A stretch of 62,991 bases of DNA, filler included, from Choristocarpus tenellus KU-1152 (GCA_964200185.2; 10 parts of 10 records of this genome joined end to end with filler, not necessarily neighbours in it), one strand, 5' to 3'. Positions 1 through 13,325 are shown, counted from the first letter of the whole stretch. Translations and numbers: made by a program. Notes: generated by a model not told the origin, from the letters alone.

Positions 1-236
1 GGGGGGAGATAGAAAGTGTGTGTGTTTATTTGTATGTCTGTTTGGTGTAAGAAGATAACTGGATTAATTAGGGTTGGAGTTGGGGTTAGGGTTTATATCG
101 CCAGGATTTGTTTGTGTGGATAGATGTAATTGTTTTTTTTTTCAATGCAAGCTTTGAAAATGTTATTCATGTTTGTATATTTAGATTTAGATTTACATTT
201 TTAGATTTATATGAAAAAAAATTTCATCCTGCTACG

Positions 237-269
237 GTGCAGAATATAGGTTGTACACGAGTAGCTTAG

Positions 270-305
<36 letters not shown>

Positions 306-341
306 GTTGTGCAGAATATAGGTTGTACACGAATAGCTTAG

Positions 342-380
<39 letters not shown>

Positions 381-425
381 GTGCAGAATATAGGTTGTAC
401 ACGAGTAGCTTAGTTTATTATTATA
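237..425. repeat. Three copies of GTGCAGAATATAGGTTGTACACGAGTAGCTTAGTT, each followed by a (TAT)n run
   Basis: Near-identical ~35-nt units separated only by TAT microsatellite of variable length. Confidence 0.9.
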
Positions 426-555
426 TTTTGGTTGAAGGCAGGGCCTTGAAGAGGGAGGGACCTTGGGAACAAGCGCAGGAGGAGGGAGATAGGTGTAGTA
501 TCTGCTGCAGGTGGTCTAGTTGAAGAGATAGTTCAGGTGACGGACAATAGCACTC

Positions 556-650
556 TTGGTCATAGCAACGATATATCAATGTTTTGGTCATAGCAACGAT
601 ATATCAATGTTTTGGTCATAGCAACGATATATCAATGTTTTGGTCATAGC
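556..650. repeat. 28-bp minisatellite, ~3 copies
   Basis: Unit TTGGTCATAGCAACGATATATCAATGTT repeated head to tail. Confidence 0.9.
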
Positions 651-869
651 GCCGTGAATCTTAGATTCGATTGAATGTGAATAGCAATAAAAAGACAGAA
701 AAAAATAATATATATATATACATACATATATATATATATATTTTGTTTCTCACAATGCGTGTGGAGGTTGGTGGTTGGTGATTGGTCGGCTCGTGTGCTG
801 CGTGTGCGTTTAAATTGTTAGTACGGGTACAGTTAATTTTTTTTTGTGTATTTTTAGAATTTTGTTCTT

Positions 870-1373
870 GAGTCAAAAAGTGTCTTAGAGGGTAGAGCTG
901 CGTCCATTTAGGGGCCAAAATCCAATGTTCCGATTTTGATGTAATTTTGGCTGTCGTGTTTGTTAGAGGAAGTGTCAATATCCTTCATCTGGACACACCT
1001 TTTTAATAACGTAAACATACATTTTACCTACTCAGAAATATTTCGAAGAACGAGAATATCGCTATTATCGTTAGAAACACTTGTGGGAATGGAATCACTA
1101 TTATCGTTAGAAACACCTGTGGGAAGGGAATCACTATTATCGTTAGAAACACCTGTGGGAAGGGAATCACTATTATCGTTAGAAACACCTGTGGGAAGGG
1201 AATCACTGTTATCGTTAGAAACACCTGTGGGAAGGGAATCACTGTTATCGTTAGAAACACTTGTGGGAATGGAATCACTATTATCGTTAGAAACACTTGT
1301 GGGAAGGGAATCCAAGCCCCAAATGGACAAGAAAGGCAAAACTCGTAAAATACCCTCTGAGATGCTTTCACTC
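870..1373. mobile_element. MITE family A, complete copy with an internal 36-bp tandem expansion
   Basis: Imperfect TIRs GAGTCAAAAAGTGTCTTAGAGGGTA and TACCCTCTGAGATGCTTTCACTC; subterminal GTCCATTT / AAATGGAC inverted pair; CTT on both flanks (867-869 and 1374-1376); homologous copies at 18557, 35509 and 58549. Confidence 0.85.
1059..1310. repeat. 36-bp minisatellite, ~7 copies, inside MITE A
   Basis: Unit TCACTATTATCGTTAGAAACACCTGTGGGAAGGGAA; accounts for the repetitive ORFs SLLSLETPVGRE and similar. Confidence 0.95.
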
Positions 1374-1449
1374 CTTGATCGATCGGTTTAACTATTCTTT
1401 CGCAACAGTGGACGGTTGGTATGTGGGGGCAGGTTTGACAGGAGAGATG

Positions 1450-1494
<45 letters not shown>

Positions 1495-1701
1495 AGGCAC
1501 TGTGTTCACTGTGCTGTGTGTGCTGGGTAATTTTTGTAGTTGAAGAGGAACTCTCTGCTGAGGAGAATTTGTTTACTGGTTATAGGGAAGGGGGGGGGGG
1601 GGGGGGGGGTGTGTGTTCTTGGGTACGCGGGTGTGGAGGGNNNNNNNNNNTGTTTGTGTTTGTGTGGGTGGGGGAGGGGGGGTTGGGGGGGGGGTGGTGT
1701 G

Positions 1702-1741
<40 letters not shown>

Positions 1742-2592
1742 GTGACAGGATCTGAGTTCTGCTGGATTGGAAGGGCATTGACAGGATCTTAAGCACGATG
1801 GGAGTTTGAATCAATTTGTGGAGATAAGGAAGGCAGTATTGTTGATTGGAGATGGTGGTAAGGGCCGTTGTTGATGTCTGGAAGAGACTTTTTTTTTTTT
1901 GCTGTTTTTTTTTCGGTAACTTTTTTTTTTATTATTTCTATTTTTTCTGGAGTACAAGAACAGTTGTTTCTTGTCTTCTTGGGTCAGGTTGTAACTGGGA
2001 TAGGGATAGGGATAGGGTAAACCACATTTACATAGATATTCGTAAGAGATGGTACCATCGTCATCAGACCGTTTCAAGGGATTCAATATCGGTTGTAAGG
2101 ATTTCTATTTTTGGGGTCTTGAATTTTTTTTGTTGTGGAATTTGACCTCCACCTGCAATAAACAATAAACAATAAACAATAAACATTCCTAAATTGTGGG
2201 TGACCGATGTTTTGTTAAAAAAATAAAGTCGTAAACACGCACTCACACAAAAAAGAAGAAGCTATCAGGGCCAATCGGTAGCCTCTCTTAACTCCGGTCA
2301 ACAAGTATAACGGAACGGTAAATATTTGTTTTCATTTTCTTCTTAATATATATTCGTCTTATTTTATTTTTGTTTTGTTTTTCTTTTTTGGGGATGATAA
2401 GAACAGTATATAGTAATAATAATAATAATAACTTTTATTTTATGCTTCTTTTTTGACAATGGTAAGAAACGTATATAGTAATAATAATAATAACTTTTAT
2501 TTTATGCTTCTTTTTGACAATGGTAAGAACAGTATATAGTAATAATAATAATAATAATAACTTTTCTTTTGCTCTCGCCATTGCCCTCACAG

Positions 2593-3188
2593 GTGGACAA
2601 CCACGTAGAGGGATCCCCATACCCGGTAGTGTTGTCCCCTTCAGTGGAAGAAGGTAACTCGGATCCTTTCATTAAGTTCTCGGTAGTGAAGGAGGTGGAC
2701 AAGACAACCAACACAGCACATTATGACTACGTGGCGATGAGGTAACTAACTAGGGTTAGGGTTAGGGTTAGTGACTAGTGTGATGCTGACTCTCGAGTGG
2801 GGACCCCGAGTCATTGACTGATGTTAGGTAGGGTTAGGGTTAGGGGTTAGGGTTTTGGATAATGTTCGTTTCGGTTTGGAGAGTATGAAATGGGTTAGGG
2901 TAGGGTTAGGGGTTAGGGTTTTGGATAATGTTCGTTTCGGTTTGGAGAGTATGAAATGGGTTAGGGTAGGGTTAGGGGTTAGGGTTTTGGATAATGTTCG
3001 TTTCGGTTTGGAAAGTATGAAATGGGTTAGGGTAGGGTTAGGGTTAAGGTTTAACCTAGCAGAGGGAAGGGATGATATCAATCGCTATGTACACTATGAT
3101 TGGATGGATGTAGTTAAAAAACGAAACAGGTTGTCTTTTTCGCCCCCTTGGGCAGTATTTCTTTTTTTTTAGTATGTATTTTTTGTAA

Positions 3189-3230
<42 letters not shown>

Positions 3231-5251
3231 AAAAAAATACTGAAGTCGGAGATTTTGAGAGGTTTGGTTCTGGCCGCGTAGGTTTAAACCCTAACCCTAA
3301 CCCTGGCAATCAAGCAATCAAAGCAATCAAAGCCCCATTTTCATAGTAATTAGGGCAGTTGGTCTGTAGTGGTTGCCGGCGGAGGCTTGAGAGGTTTTGT
3401 CGCTTTGACCCCGGTATAAGATCACCTTTGACCCACAAATATATGGGGAACTGAACTAGTAGTAATTGAGTCGATCTAACGCCTTCCTTATTCCTGTAAC
3501 ACCGACAAGAAGTTCCGTGGGAGAAGAGGGAGATAGACCTCATCTTGACTGTACCTTGTGCCCTCTACATTACATCGCCACTGACACAGTTTCTGATTGG
3601 TCGCACGTCTTTCTCACGTTCCATGATCGGGACTTGATCGGGATGTATCCGGGGCGTAGGATTTTGAAAATGGATGTGACGATTGACATCGCCACTGTAG
3701 TAACCACCATTGGGTTCCTTGAGCCTGTGGAAGGGTACCTGCTGATGTCGAGGGATCAGATGGATGGGAGGACTTGGCTTACCAACAGGACTTCGGAGAT
3801 ACTCCAGAGAGGGAAGGAGGATGTTCCCGGAGGTTTTGTTGATGTGGAGGAGGTGAGAGTGATTGAGGACGTGTCTTGGTGTTCATTGTCATTGTTACTT
3901 AATTGTTAATTATTTTGTTTTGGTTCTTTTGGTTCTTTTTGGGAGGGTGCAGTTGTTGTGTGGAGATGTTTTGAAACTCGTTGGGAGTGAAACATTCTTA
4001 GTACGGTTTTATGTTGTGTGTTAATCGATTTTTTTGTTGCATGGGAGAGGGTCATTTTGGCAGCAGTAGCAGCAGCATTGGTAGTAGTAGTTGTAACAGG
4101 AGTAGGAATAGTAGTTGTAGTAGTGGCAGTAGCAGTAGTAACAGGAGTAGGAATAGTAGTTGTAGTAGTGGCAGTAGCAATAGTAACAGGAGTAGGAATA
4201 GTAGTTGTAGTGGTGGTAGTAGTAGTAGTAGTTGTTGTAATAGTATTAATAATAATAAGAAACACCTGGTAAGGAGTAGTTATATGTTTGGGAGTTGAAG
4301 TGTTTTGTGGATCTTGAAAAGGTTAGTAGAGAATTTTGATGTTGCTTGTTAGCATCAACAATACAAAAAAAAAGGATAATGTTACTTGTTAGTAGATAAT
4401 GTATATACTACGAAGAAAAAAAAAAAGTATCGTTACACCCACTACAGTTATGGAATACTTACTTGTACCCTGAATTGGGCAAACCGTACCCTTTTTTGTG
4501 TTGTGTATTTCTTTTCAGGTTCGGGAGACTGCCAGGGTTCTGAGAACATACTTCAAGATAATGCAGTTCCATCCGATACTGTTGCGTCTCAGTTGGGCCA
4601 GAACGCATGTCGATGATGTGAGTTGGTTCTACACCGTTGGATATTGTTGAAACTGTCATGTCAGTATTGAAACTGTCGGGTGAGTCTTGAAACTGTCATG
4701 TGAGTCTTGAAACTGTCATGTGAGTCTTGAAACTGTCATGTGAGTCTTGAAACTGTCATGTGAGTCTTGAAACTGTCATGTGAGTCTTGAAACTGTCATG
4801 TGAGTCTTGAAACTGTCATGTGAGTGAAGTCAAGACTGAATCACCTTCAATACAGGACTCATTGGTGTTGCCATTTCCAATAAGTTCTTTGAATTAACTG
4901 TCAATGCAAATGGCAACAAATGGCAACAAATGTTTCAAATGTTAATAGCTGCTATCCATTTTTCTTCGTTGTACAATATACTAATATGTTTTTTGTAAAG
5001 GAGTAGTATTACAGAGAGACATTTATTTTTGTTTTTTATCTGAGTGGAGGGAGTCCTGTTCCATCTCTTCCCCTGACTGGGGGGTCTCTGTTTGGTGAGA
5101 GAGATATTGCCTTATGAGTGCCGATAAAATTATCACCTCCACCTGTCCTTGAAGAACATGTTTCCGGTTGTAGGTAAAGTCCTTCCCTCATCAGTCACAG
5201 GCCTCTCTCTTGTCATACATCCCCCTCGCAGCCCCTCAACCCGACACCCCT

Positions 5252-5296
<45 letters not shown>

Positions 5297-6185
5297 TTGT
5301 TTGTTTTTGTTTGTTTTTGTTTGTTTTTGTTTCATCACCACGTGTCGCTTTCTGGACATTGGAAGGCGTTCCAGGAGGTGACAGGACTGAACATAATAAA
5401 AAAGATTCCCGAACTGCTTCGTTCGAAGATAGAACTTGAGTCTTACATTGTCACGGACGCCTTCGGAGATAGCAAGGATATTGTCAGAAACGTTGTCTCT
5501 CACTACATCTCAACCGGGAAGAGGCAGGTGAGACCCGTGTGTGTTCTCAGAACAGAGTGTGGTGAACGGGATCAGTCGTCTGAAAGGAGTTGAAGTGGAC
5601 CGACCCTCTCTCGATGGCGGAGCCGACTGGGATAGTGCCATCTATGGGTGTTTTGTTTCGAGGTTTTTGTCGAGAGAGAGAGAAAAGGTACCTCTTCTTT
5701 TCTTTTTTTTTATTCCGAGGGAGATGTGAAGAGTTGAGGCGGTAGGGGGGACTCTTTGGTGCGTGGATAGATTATATATATATATATAAGAAAAATGTTC
5801 TCTTTTTTTGTTTTAAATGAAAACTTTTTTTTTTTTTGAAAGAGTAAAGATCGAGGACTCAGGGGTTAGGGTTAGGGTTCGAATCTCTGGGGTTGGAGCT
5901 GTTGCTTGGGTGGAGAGTATGATGTAGGGGTCTGAGTGAAGAGTCGTGTAGGTCTTCTACAGGTGGTCAAGGGGAAGTCGAGGGTGGTCTCGGCGGCGGA
6001 GGGTAAGTGAGGCCTCTGAGTGGATAGGGGTTGCATGTTTTGGTTGTAATTACTTGAGTTCTGTGGAAGGCCATTGTAGCATTAGCACAGCAGCAGCCCT
6101 ATATGCCCTCTCACTGTAAAGGTGGTATTTGAAGGCATCCGAAGTAGATACTGTAAATCTTGGAGGATTTGGGGGGGGGGAAGGG

Positions 6186-6216
<31 letters not shown>

Positions 6217-6568
6217 GTCGAGAATGACAATGGGCATGTTCGGATCGAAATTTGGGCAGAGGCAACAGTTACAGGTATTGTAGAACTTTCCTCCTCATGT
6301 TTTATTTGAAAAGCGCAGGAAGAGGCGTATGCCAGGTTTGATTTGATTTGATTTGATCTGATTTGATCTGATTTGATCTGATTTGATCGTACGAGAATTT
6401 TGAAGCAGCGCTCTCTCTCTCTCTCTCTCCAAGAGACCCCGTAAACATGACCTCAACCTTAACCTTAACCTTAACCTAACCGACCAATTACTCATGTAGT
6501 ACACTTTTGTTTTGCGTTGTTGGCTGTTGGTACAAATGTGTTGACTGTTGGTTGGTGGGTTGGTTGCA

Positions 6569-6601
<33 letters not shown>

Positions 6602-6781
6602 GCGAGAAGGTGTTTAGGCTGCTAGGTTCCATCCGAGCGCTGGGGAGTCCAGCCGACTTGGTCAGCAATGTGGGCACAGGGGCAAAGGCTCTGCTGTACG
6701 ACCCGGTTGAAGGACTGATCTTCGATGGCCCGGCGGACTTCTTCCAGGATGTAGGCAAAGGCGCCAACACCTTTGTGAGGG
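2593..6781 (+). CDS. VPS13: VPS13-family lipid transfer protein, C-terminal part (partial). Exons 2593-2741, 3660-3852, 4519-4617, 5366-5527, 6610-6781
   Basis: GT-AG exons with consistent phases give VDNHVEGSPYPVVLSP..., YFKIMQFHPILLRLSW, ...HYISTGKRQ|VFRLLGSIRALGSPADLVSNVGTGAKALLYDPVEGL...GPADFFQDVGKG. These match the VPS13 C-terminal motifs QIDNQ..PV.L, YF..L.+HPI and +LGS...LG.P..L...+G.G...+FY+P..G. Cut by the spacer at 7007; 5' exons not resolved. Confidence 0.85.
2752..3050. repeat. Interstitial TTAGGG runs and a 66-bp TTAGGG-containing minisatellite (3 copies) in a VPS13 intron
   Basis: (GGGTTA)n at 2752-2771, then a unit recurring at 2855, 2921 and 2987. Confidence 0.9.
4060..4258. 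repeat. GTA-rich degenerate microsatellite with a 45-bp higher-order unit (3 copies)
   Basis: GTAACAGGAGTAGGAATAGTAGTTGTAGTAGTGGCAGTAGCA repeated; intronic. Confidence 0.85.
4647..4826. repeat. 20-bp minisatellite, ~9 copies
   Basis: Unit TGAAACTGTCATGTGAGTCT, starting ~30 nt after the VPS13 donor at 4618. Confidence 0.95.
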
Positions 6782-7006
6782 GTAAGATCAGATCAAGTGG
6801 AAGGCGTTTATGTTGTTGTTTGTGCTTGTGGGCAGCAGGTTCTGGCTTTCCTGGAGGGGTGTGCTGGAACGTTGTGGGAAGGAGAGAAGTGGCTGTTGTT
6901 GTTCTATGAGGTTAGGGTTGGGTGGAAGGTTGGGTGGGAGGTTGGGTGGGAGGTTGGCGACAAAACAGGTGCCCTTTTGGGGGGGGGATCTTGGGCCGTA
7001 CGTAAC

Positions 7007-7106
7007 NNNNNNNNNNNNNNNNNNNNNNNNNNNNNNNNNNNNNNNNNNNNTTAATTAATTAANNNNNNNNNNNNNNNNNNNNNNNNNNNNNNNNNNNNNN
7101 NNNNNN
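7007..7106. other. Artificial contig spacer; also at 20024, 28564, 35409, 38033, 42360, 47582, 54708 and 58739
   Basis: Identical 44N-TTAATTAATTAA-44N blocks carrying stops in all six frames; genes break off at them. Confidence 0.97.
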
Positions 7107-7196
7107 CCTTCATTAATACCTCAACCCCCATTGTCCAACTTGTGAGGTATGATCCCCTCAATCCCCTCAATGCGTCCCCCATCCCCCCATCCCCAG

Positions 7197-8255
7197 TCTT
7201 GTGTTCCTAGTTCTCCTGTCCCTGATGCAAGTGAGGCATTGGAGATGGCACGCTTACATCTTGGGGGAGGAGGTGCTCTCCAGACTGCGCATGATCTTGC
7301 TCAGCATGCCAGTATCACTCTTCAGCAGGTGTACCAGTAACATTATAGATAGTGCTGTGGTGTGACTGTGTTGATGAGCTCTTGTGTGTTGAGGAGGAAG
7401 GGGGGAGAGACAAGGCTGTACACTTGCTTGCCAAGAACTCCTTTGAGATATCACCCCCAACCATTACGATAGTTGTTGTGTTGTTGAGAGATTGAATCAA
7501 TGTTATCAATGTTTTAATCAATGTTATCAATGCTATCAATGCTTTTGCTGCTGTGACAAAAGCCTCCCTGGTGAGGTTGGGGCGGTTCAGAATGAGGTGA
7601 CTCTGTTTTGTGTTTTGGCTCTTGTGTTTGTGGTTCCATGAGGTATGCCAACCTATTTCTACAATAACTGGTTTGAGAGCATAGAATGGTGTCTTCCTCT
7701 CCTTAAGTGCCCTGTTCTTGTTGGTTTTTGTGTATTGTACTAGGTAATAACTGTTACTAGTTTTGACCTATGACCCTGAAGAGTTCAATTATTGTGAATC
7801 ACTGTTTATTTGCCCTGCAAAGCAGTCATGTGTTTGTCAAAGGCATACCACTCTGCCTTGGGTAGGTGCTTGTCTTGTAGGATACAAAGCAATTATGCAT
7901 CTTTTTTATTGTTTCAATAAGAACATTTCAGCACGTGACTTATGATCATTCTCCCCCTTGCCCACAGTGCCCTGGTGCTTTGTTTGTTTGCAACTGTTGT
8001 GTATCTTTGAACACCATTTACTATGCTCTATTTTTCCTCTGTGTTGTGTTGATGTTTTTTTCATAACAATAGACACATTGTGATCCTTTTTTGACCAGGC
8101 GTGCAATGGCATGCATATCAAGTACCCAAGTGCATTGACGGTCCAGGCAAGGGTAATGTACATGTCAGGAGAGGCAGAGGCGGCTCTTTCATACCAACTC
8201 AAGGCCCTTGCCTACTTTCAGCAGTTGACGGGCTTTGACTCAGCACAGGTGCATA

Positions 8256-8320
<65 letters not shown>

Positions 8321-10770
8321 ATTGATGTAGTACCCCTGTGTTTCTACAGGTACTGCAGTATACACATGTACTGCCTTGCCTTGGGAGAGGAGTGGTATAT
8401 CATCTGGTTCAGTTACACAAGCATGGGAGAGTGCTTATTCTTTTTTTTTTGACCTCACGCGTATTTTGTACTTTGAGTACACTATACTTCAAGCTATTGG
8501 TTGTAGTGATGGATTGGTTGAAGGCATAGCGTGCATGGTATGTGTCAGTACTCTGAGGAAGTAGATGCAATGCCAGCCTTTTCCGAGGTTATGTGTGGCT
8601 TTGTGAGTGATTGTGATTTTGGTATTTTATCATGGGATTTGTGAGAGGGAAGAGGGATGTCACCTTTGATTCAGGGGTCATAGGAGAAGTTTTGTGTGCC
8701 ATGGATAAGTGTTCTGCCACATATTTCCCCTGTTACTGAGATTGCCTCTTCATTCTCTAGAGGCTCCTCAAGTTCGTTGATTGGTGTCTGATTGTAGATT
8801 GATGTACAGCAATGTGGTATCAAATGATGTCACAGCTGTTCTCAATCTTGGTGAGAAAAGATATACTCTGAAATTTAATGATACGTTAGTGATACATGTT
8901 ACTGTTGGTGTACATGTATGTCATTTTATACCTTGGATAAGTCTTATACCTTGGATAAGTCCTATACCTTGGATAAGTCTTAATTCTTCGGGAATTTCAA
9001 GTCTTGAGTTGGCTGTGGGAGGAAGGTTGCAGGAATTGGTGGCGTTACAATATATTTTTTTCCAGGGATAAATAGTTTGGCTATGTTAGTTGATACTTCC
9101 TTATCCCATATTCCCCTTCCCATCTCCCTCTCCACCTCTTTTGTCATGTCTGTACTGGCTTCAGGTGATCAACTGCCATGAGCACTTGGGAGTCTACTTT
9201 GCCCAGGCCGGCATGTATGACAGAGCTCTCTCACATATGCAGGCATTCTGCTATCTGCTAGAGCTTACCAGCGGACCTAACCACCCGGAAGTAGCAGCTG
9301 GATACCACCGCATGGGACGTTCCTACCAGGAGGTTGGGCATGTTATCATGGCCCTCAGGTTTGTGTATTATGTTTATTATGTGTGTACTCCTGTGCTGGA
9401 TTGTAGAGATTCAGCGATTGGCAGCAAGATGTGTTTGACGTGACATTTGTTTGGGGAGTATGAATGTTTTGTGTGTTGTCCAGGCGTTTTTGCATGTACT
9501 CAGGACACGGATTGCAGATTTTGGCATCACATCACATGTTGTTTCCTCTTTTGATGTTTTTTCATCACATGTTGTGTGGGGGTCCTTGGGGTCACGTAAT
9601 GCTGTCCCACAGGTGCTACCAGGAAGCCCTTGAAAGAGAGCCAGGAGACCATCTTCTCCACCCACGTGTGCAGCACAATGTTGCGGAGACACTGGAGCTT
9701 ATTGGCGGGTTTAAGGATGCTCTCAAGCATGAGAGGATTGCCTATGCCGGGTACGTCCATCGGCCAAAGACTCCCCCCCCCCATCCCACCCCCTCTTCTG
9801 TTGCTTTAGTGTGGGCAGTTGTACATAGTACTTACCAAGGGCTGTATATTGTAGAGTAAGCAGTGTGATAGCTACATTTAGGTCCTGCAGTAAAGGGTAC
9901 AACACACTTGCTATGAATATTACACACAAAATCGAGATAGCATGATAAAACACACTTCCTACCCGAATGGTAGCATGATGTTAGTAGTGATTTTGCCTGC
10001 CCTTGAAGAAATGGGTACGTTGTGATAATTTGAATGATTTGTGATTATATATGTGCAATGTACTCGGGGGATACCATGATATGATACCATGATAGGGGGG
10101 AATGAGGCGCTGGATTTTATTTGATATTTTTTTGTGAGAAGATTGTATCCTCTGGATATTTTCAGCAGCAGCAGCAGCAGGGGTTTTATCATGGTGTCTT
10201 TCTCCATCACTGCTATAGTTTCACTTGATTCTGTAAGGATAGAAGGAGAATGTAACAGTGTTTTTAGAATAGTCAGGGAGAGAGAGGACAACCGATCGGT
10301 CCCCAGTTTATCTTTACATACTCCCCCTCAATCCTGTTTCGATCCTGTTCTGCTCCTAAGTCCAAAGCTCGTACAGTACTGCCTACGGAGCAGCATTCTT
10401 CATTCAACCCATTGCCCCATAGCACACTACTAATTCAATCCTTTTCATCTTCAGGTACAAATCTGTGTACGGGGAGAATGACCCTCGTGTTACAAAGTGC
10501 AATGAGAATATTAGATTGCTCACCACCAAGGCAGTGGCCGTTGCAAGAAAAGAGGCTGAATCCTCCTCAGCAGCAGCAGCGGCAGCCAGTGCTGCTGCCC
10601 AGGCTACTGCTGCTGCTGCAGCTGCTGCCATGAAGGCAGTGAAGGAAAAGGAGGGCATGAACAAGGCGAGAGCACCGGAGTCTGCCCCCCCAACTGCATC
10701 AGAAAAGGAAAAGTCCCCGGCAACACAACCTATGGTTAACAAGACTGGAAAGAAGAAGAACAGGAAGTGA
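7197..10770 (+). CDS. CLU1: Clustered-mitochondria (CLU/CLUH) family protein, C-terminal TPR region (5' partial). Exons 7197-7328, 8099-8248, 9165-9358, 9613-9750, 10455-10770
   Basis: Phase-consistent GT-AG exons encode P.S..PDASEALEMARLHL..., GMHIKY..., ALSYQLKAL...TGFDS, LLELTSGPNHPEVA, GGFKDALKHER.AY.GYKSVYGENDPRVTKCNENIRLLTTKAV. This order of TPR-like motifs is typical of the CLU C-terminus. Confidence 0.8.
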
Positions 10771-13325
10771 TGGATGATGGATGATGGAGATGTGTGGGGG
10801 TGGTGCTTTGCCAGTTGGGTTACTTCTAAGTGAGCGATACAGTGGTGAAGAAGAAGCTGGTTGACTGCCCGGAAGGAGAGTGATCTTTGAAGACTGGGTT
10901 CTAGGGATAGTTTTTGGATGTCATGGAAAGAGGGGGGGGCATGGAGTGCTAGGAAGTAGGGTATTGGTGGGTGAGGAAGTGGAATGGACAAACGCAGTAA
11001 GTTGCATGCATGAATTGCTGCCTCAAGGGGCAGAAACGTGAGTTCTTGTGTCCTTGTTTGCCACAACATAGCAAAACGCCACTCCAAGAAAAACTGTTGA
11101 CCATTTGATTTATCGCTGATATATGCTATTTTACTCTAGGTGATGGGCTGGTGAGTCTTAGTGTATTTGGTGTACTGTTGGATGGAAAATAGGGAATGAA
11201 ATATGGGGATGCATGTATTGTTGTAGTATGTGTTAGTCGTCACATTTTTTTTTTGCTGGTGTGCAGTGGTGCCCATGATGGAACGTGTCTTACTGCATGG
11301 AATGGGGACTTTATTTGCAGCCGTTTATCTGTGAGTGAATTGTGTTGGTGTACAAGTGAAGAACTTGTAGTTTGAGCGGGTTGGCTGGTCTAGCCAACCG
11401 GTGAACACGCAGAATATTCTTTCTTTTTTGTCATAGCCCTCTCGCTTGTTCTATTTCTTTTTTATGATAGATAGGCACCGCCCAGAAAAAAGTTGTGTTG
11501 GTAGGAGAGATAGTTAGGAGGTAATGTGCTATCAGTTGGAGGTCAAAGTACCACCCATTAATGCGCATAGAATTAAGTTGAATCATTTCTGTTGTTCCAA
11601 AATTGAAGGGGCGACGAGGAATCAAATATATACATGCATGTTTTATCTCTGCTTTCCCAGGTTTGCTTGATCCTTCCTGTTCTTCTTGTTCTGTTGTTCA
11701 CTGCCACTGCTGTCTTGCACAATTATGAACTCTATCACGCGTTGGCAGTGGACGTGTTTTTCATTTCAAACAATACATGCACACACACACATGTGACGGG
11801 ACTATTTTCGGGAATTGCGGAATCAACTCCCTATTAGGGTAGTGTAATGTTTGATACAGCTCCAGTAGTACATACGACCTTTTTCTTTTTCTTATTTGGC
11901 TCAACAAACCCTGTTGGCTTGCTCCTGTACCAGCTGATAAGGAATGTAAGGATAGTGAACCCTTCTGCTCTTCTGGGAAGCTAACTGTTCAGTGGTACAT
12001 GTAAATACTTCAGAGTACTATGGATAGGTGGATATATCCGTAATTATTATGAACATAAAGGCAGGATCTGACTAAAAATAGACAAACCAGGTGATCTCTT
12101 GATCAATTGTAAGGGGCAAAAATGTCATGATGAGCTGCTTTTAACAATTGTCAGCCCCATCACCGTGTGGTAGAATGTGGATTCTGAAGTCTTGGCCACA
12201 GACAGATTGCCATACACAGTGTTGACCACCAGCAAGAAGTGAGGGGAGAAAATGTGTAGGATCAGCCTACAACATGACAGCAGGGCATTGCCACTGTGGA
12301 GGAGTACCTCAGCTACAAACAAACATGAATACTCATTCAAGCATGCACCTTACGCACATAGGTCCTTTCGTAGTATCATGTCTAAAAGAAACAGAAACAT
12401 ATATAAGTCATAGTAGTATCAGCCCAATTACAAACAAACAAGCTGCACTGCTGTATGAAGTCCATCGACCCATGGAAAGAGGGTGGGGGGGCAGAGGTTC
12501 CGAAATAAATTGCTCTACGTAATGCTACGAAATGGATGCAGCGGAAAGAAGGGAGTGGATGTAGGCAACACTCATCGTTCAATGAGTATGTTTGAGTACA
12601 TGGGAGGAAGACTATACTTTGCTATCGTTTCACTCTCATGAGTTTCCTGGAGAATTGGAGGGGGCGTCGATTTGGCAGCTCTCTTGTCATTGGGTACTCC
12701 CTGCGACATGACTGGGGGTGCCGAGAACATGGCAGGGGAGAGGTTGTCATCCGAGAGAAGCTTGAACTGTCTTGCTTGAAAATATTATCACCCATGCGGA
12801 TAGGGGTTGGTCAAGTGATTTGAGATATTATGCTAATACACCACTTGACAATCTAGGTAGGTTTTATCGCGAAAAAAACAGCATTGACGACAACAAATAC
12901 TGGTGGTAAAAAAAATAAAAATATCATCTGCACACGCTCATGTTCCCAAGAAATTGGGACAGTGATGAATACACAGCCAATTCTGGAGGCTGGCTAATTG
13001 TACAAACCTGTGGCACTTGGGAGATGACCATGAGACAGAATGGTGGAGAGTGCAAAGTAGGCAGTGAACCAACAGTCAGTCAAAGGCCCCATGCCCATTT
13101 CTGTACTCTTTCTCCACTGCCAGATGCACCATATCCTGATCAACATCACTCTGAAAAATTCAACAAAACAAAACATTGAAAAGATAGAAACATCAACAAG
13201 AATAGTCCCTGTGTCGGATGTACAAACTCCCTCAATAGGCCCTCTCTCTGCACATACTGACTCTGCAATAACTAGGCATGAAGGCGAGGGAGGAAGGTAG
13301 GGGAAACTTCTTCTCTCTGGGAGAG

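Noticed and set aside
237-425. CRISPR-like repeat-spacer pattern
   Set aside because: The apparent spacers are only (TAT)n microsatellite, the context is eukaryotic and no cas genes are seen.
960-1509. Repeat-protein ORFs on both strands
   Set aside because: They result from a 36-bp minisatellite (a multiple of 3) inside a MITE.
438-2145. Upstream VPS13 exons
   Set aside because: Candidate AG/GT blocks exist but I could not build a phase-consistent, recognisable model, and the region has an N gap and G homopolymers.
5870-5895. tRNA T-loop-like GGTTCGAATC
   Set aside because: No cloverleaf or A-box; it sits directly after TTAGGG repeats.
7051-7062. Recurrent TTAATTAATTAA palindrome as a biological motif
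   Set aside because: Always centred in identical N blocks; it is an assembly linker.
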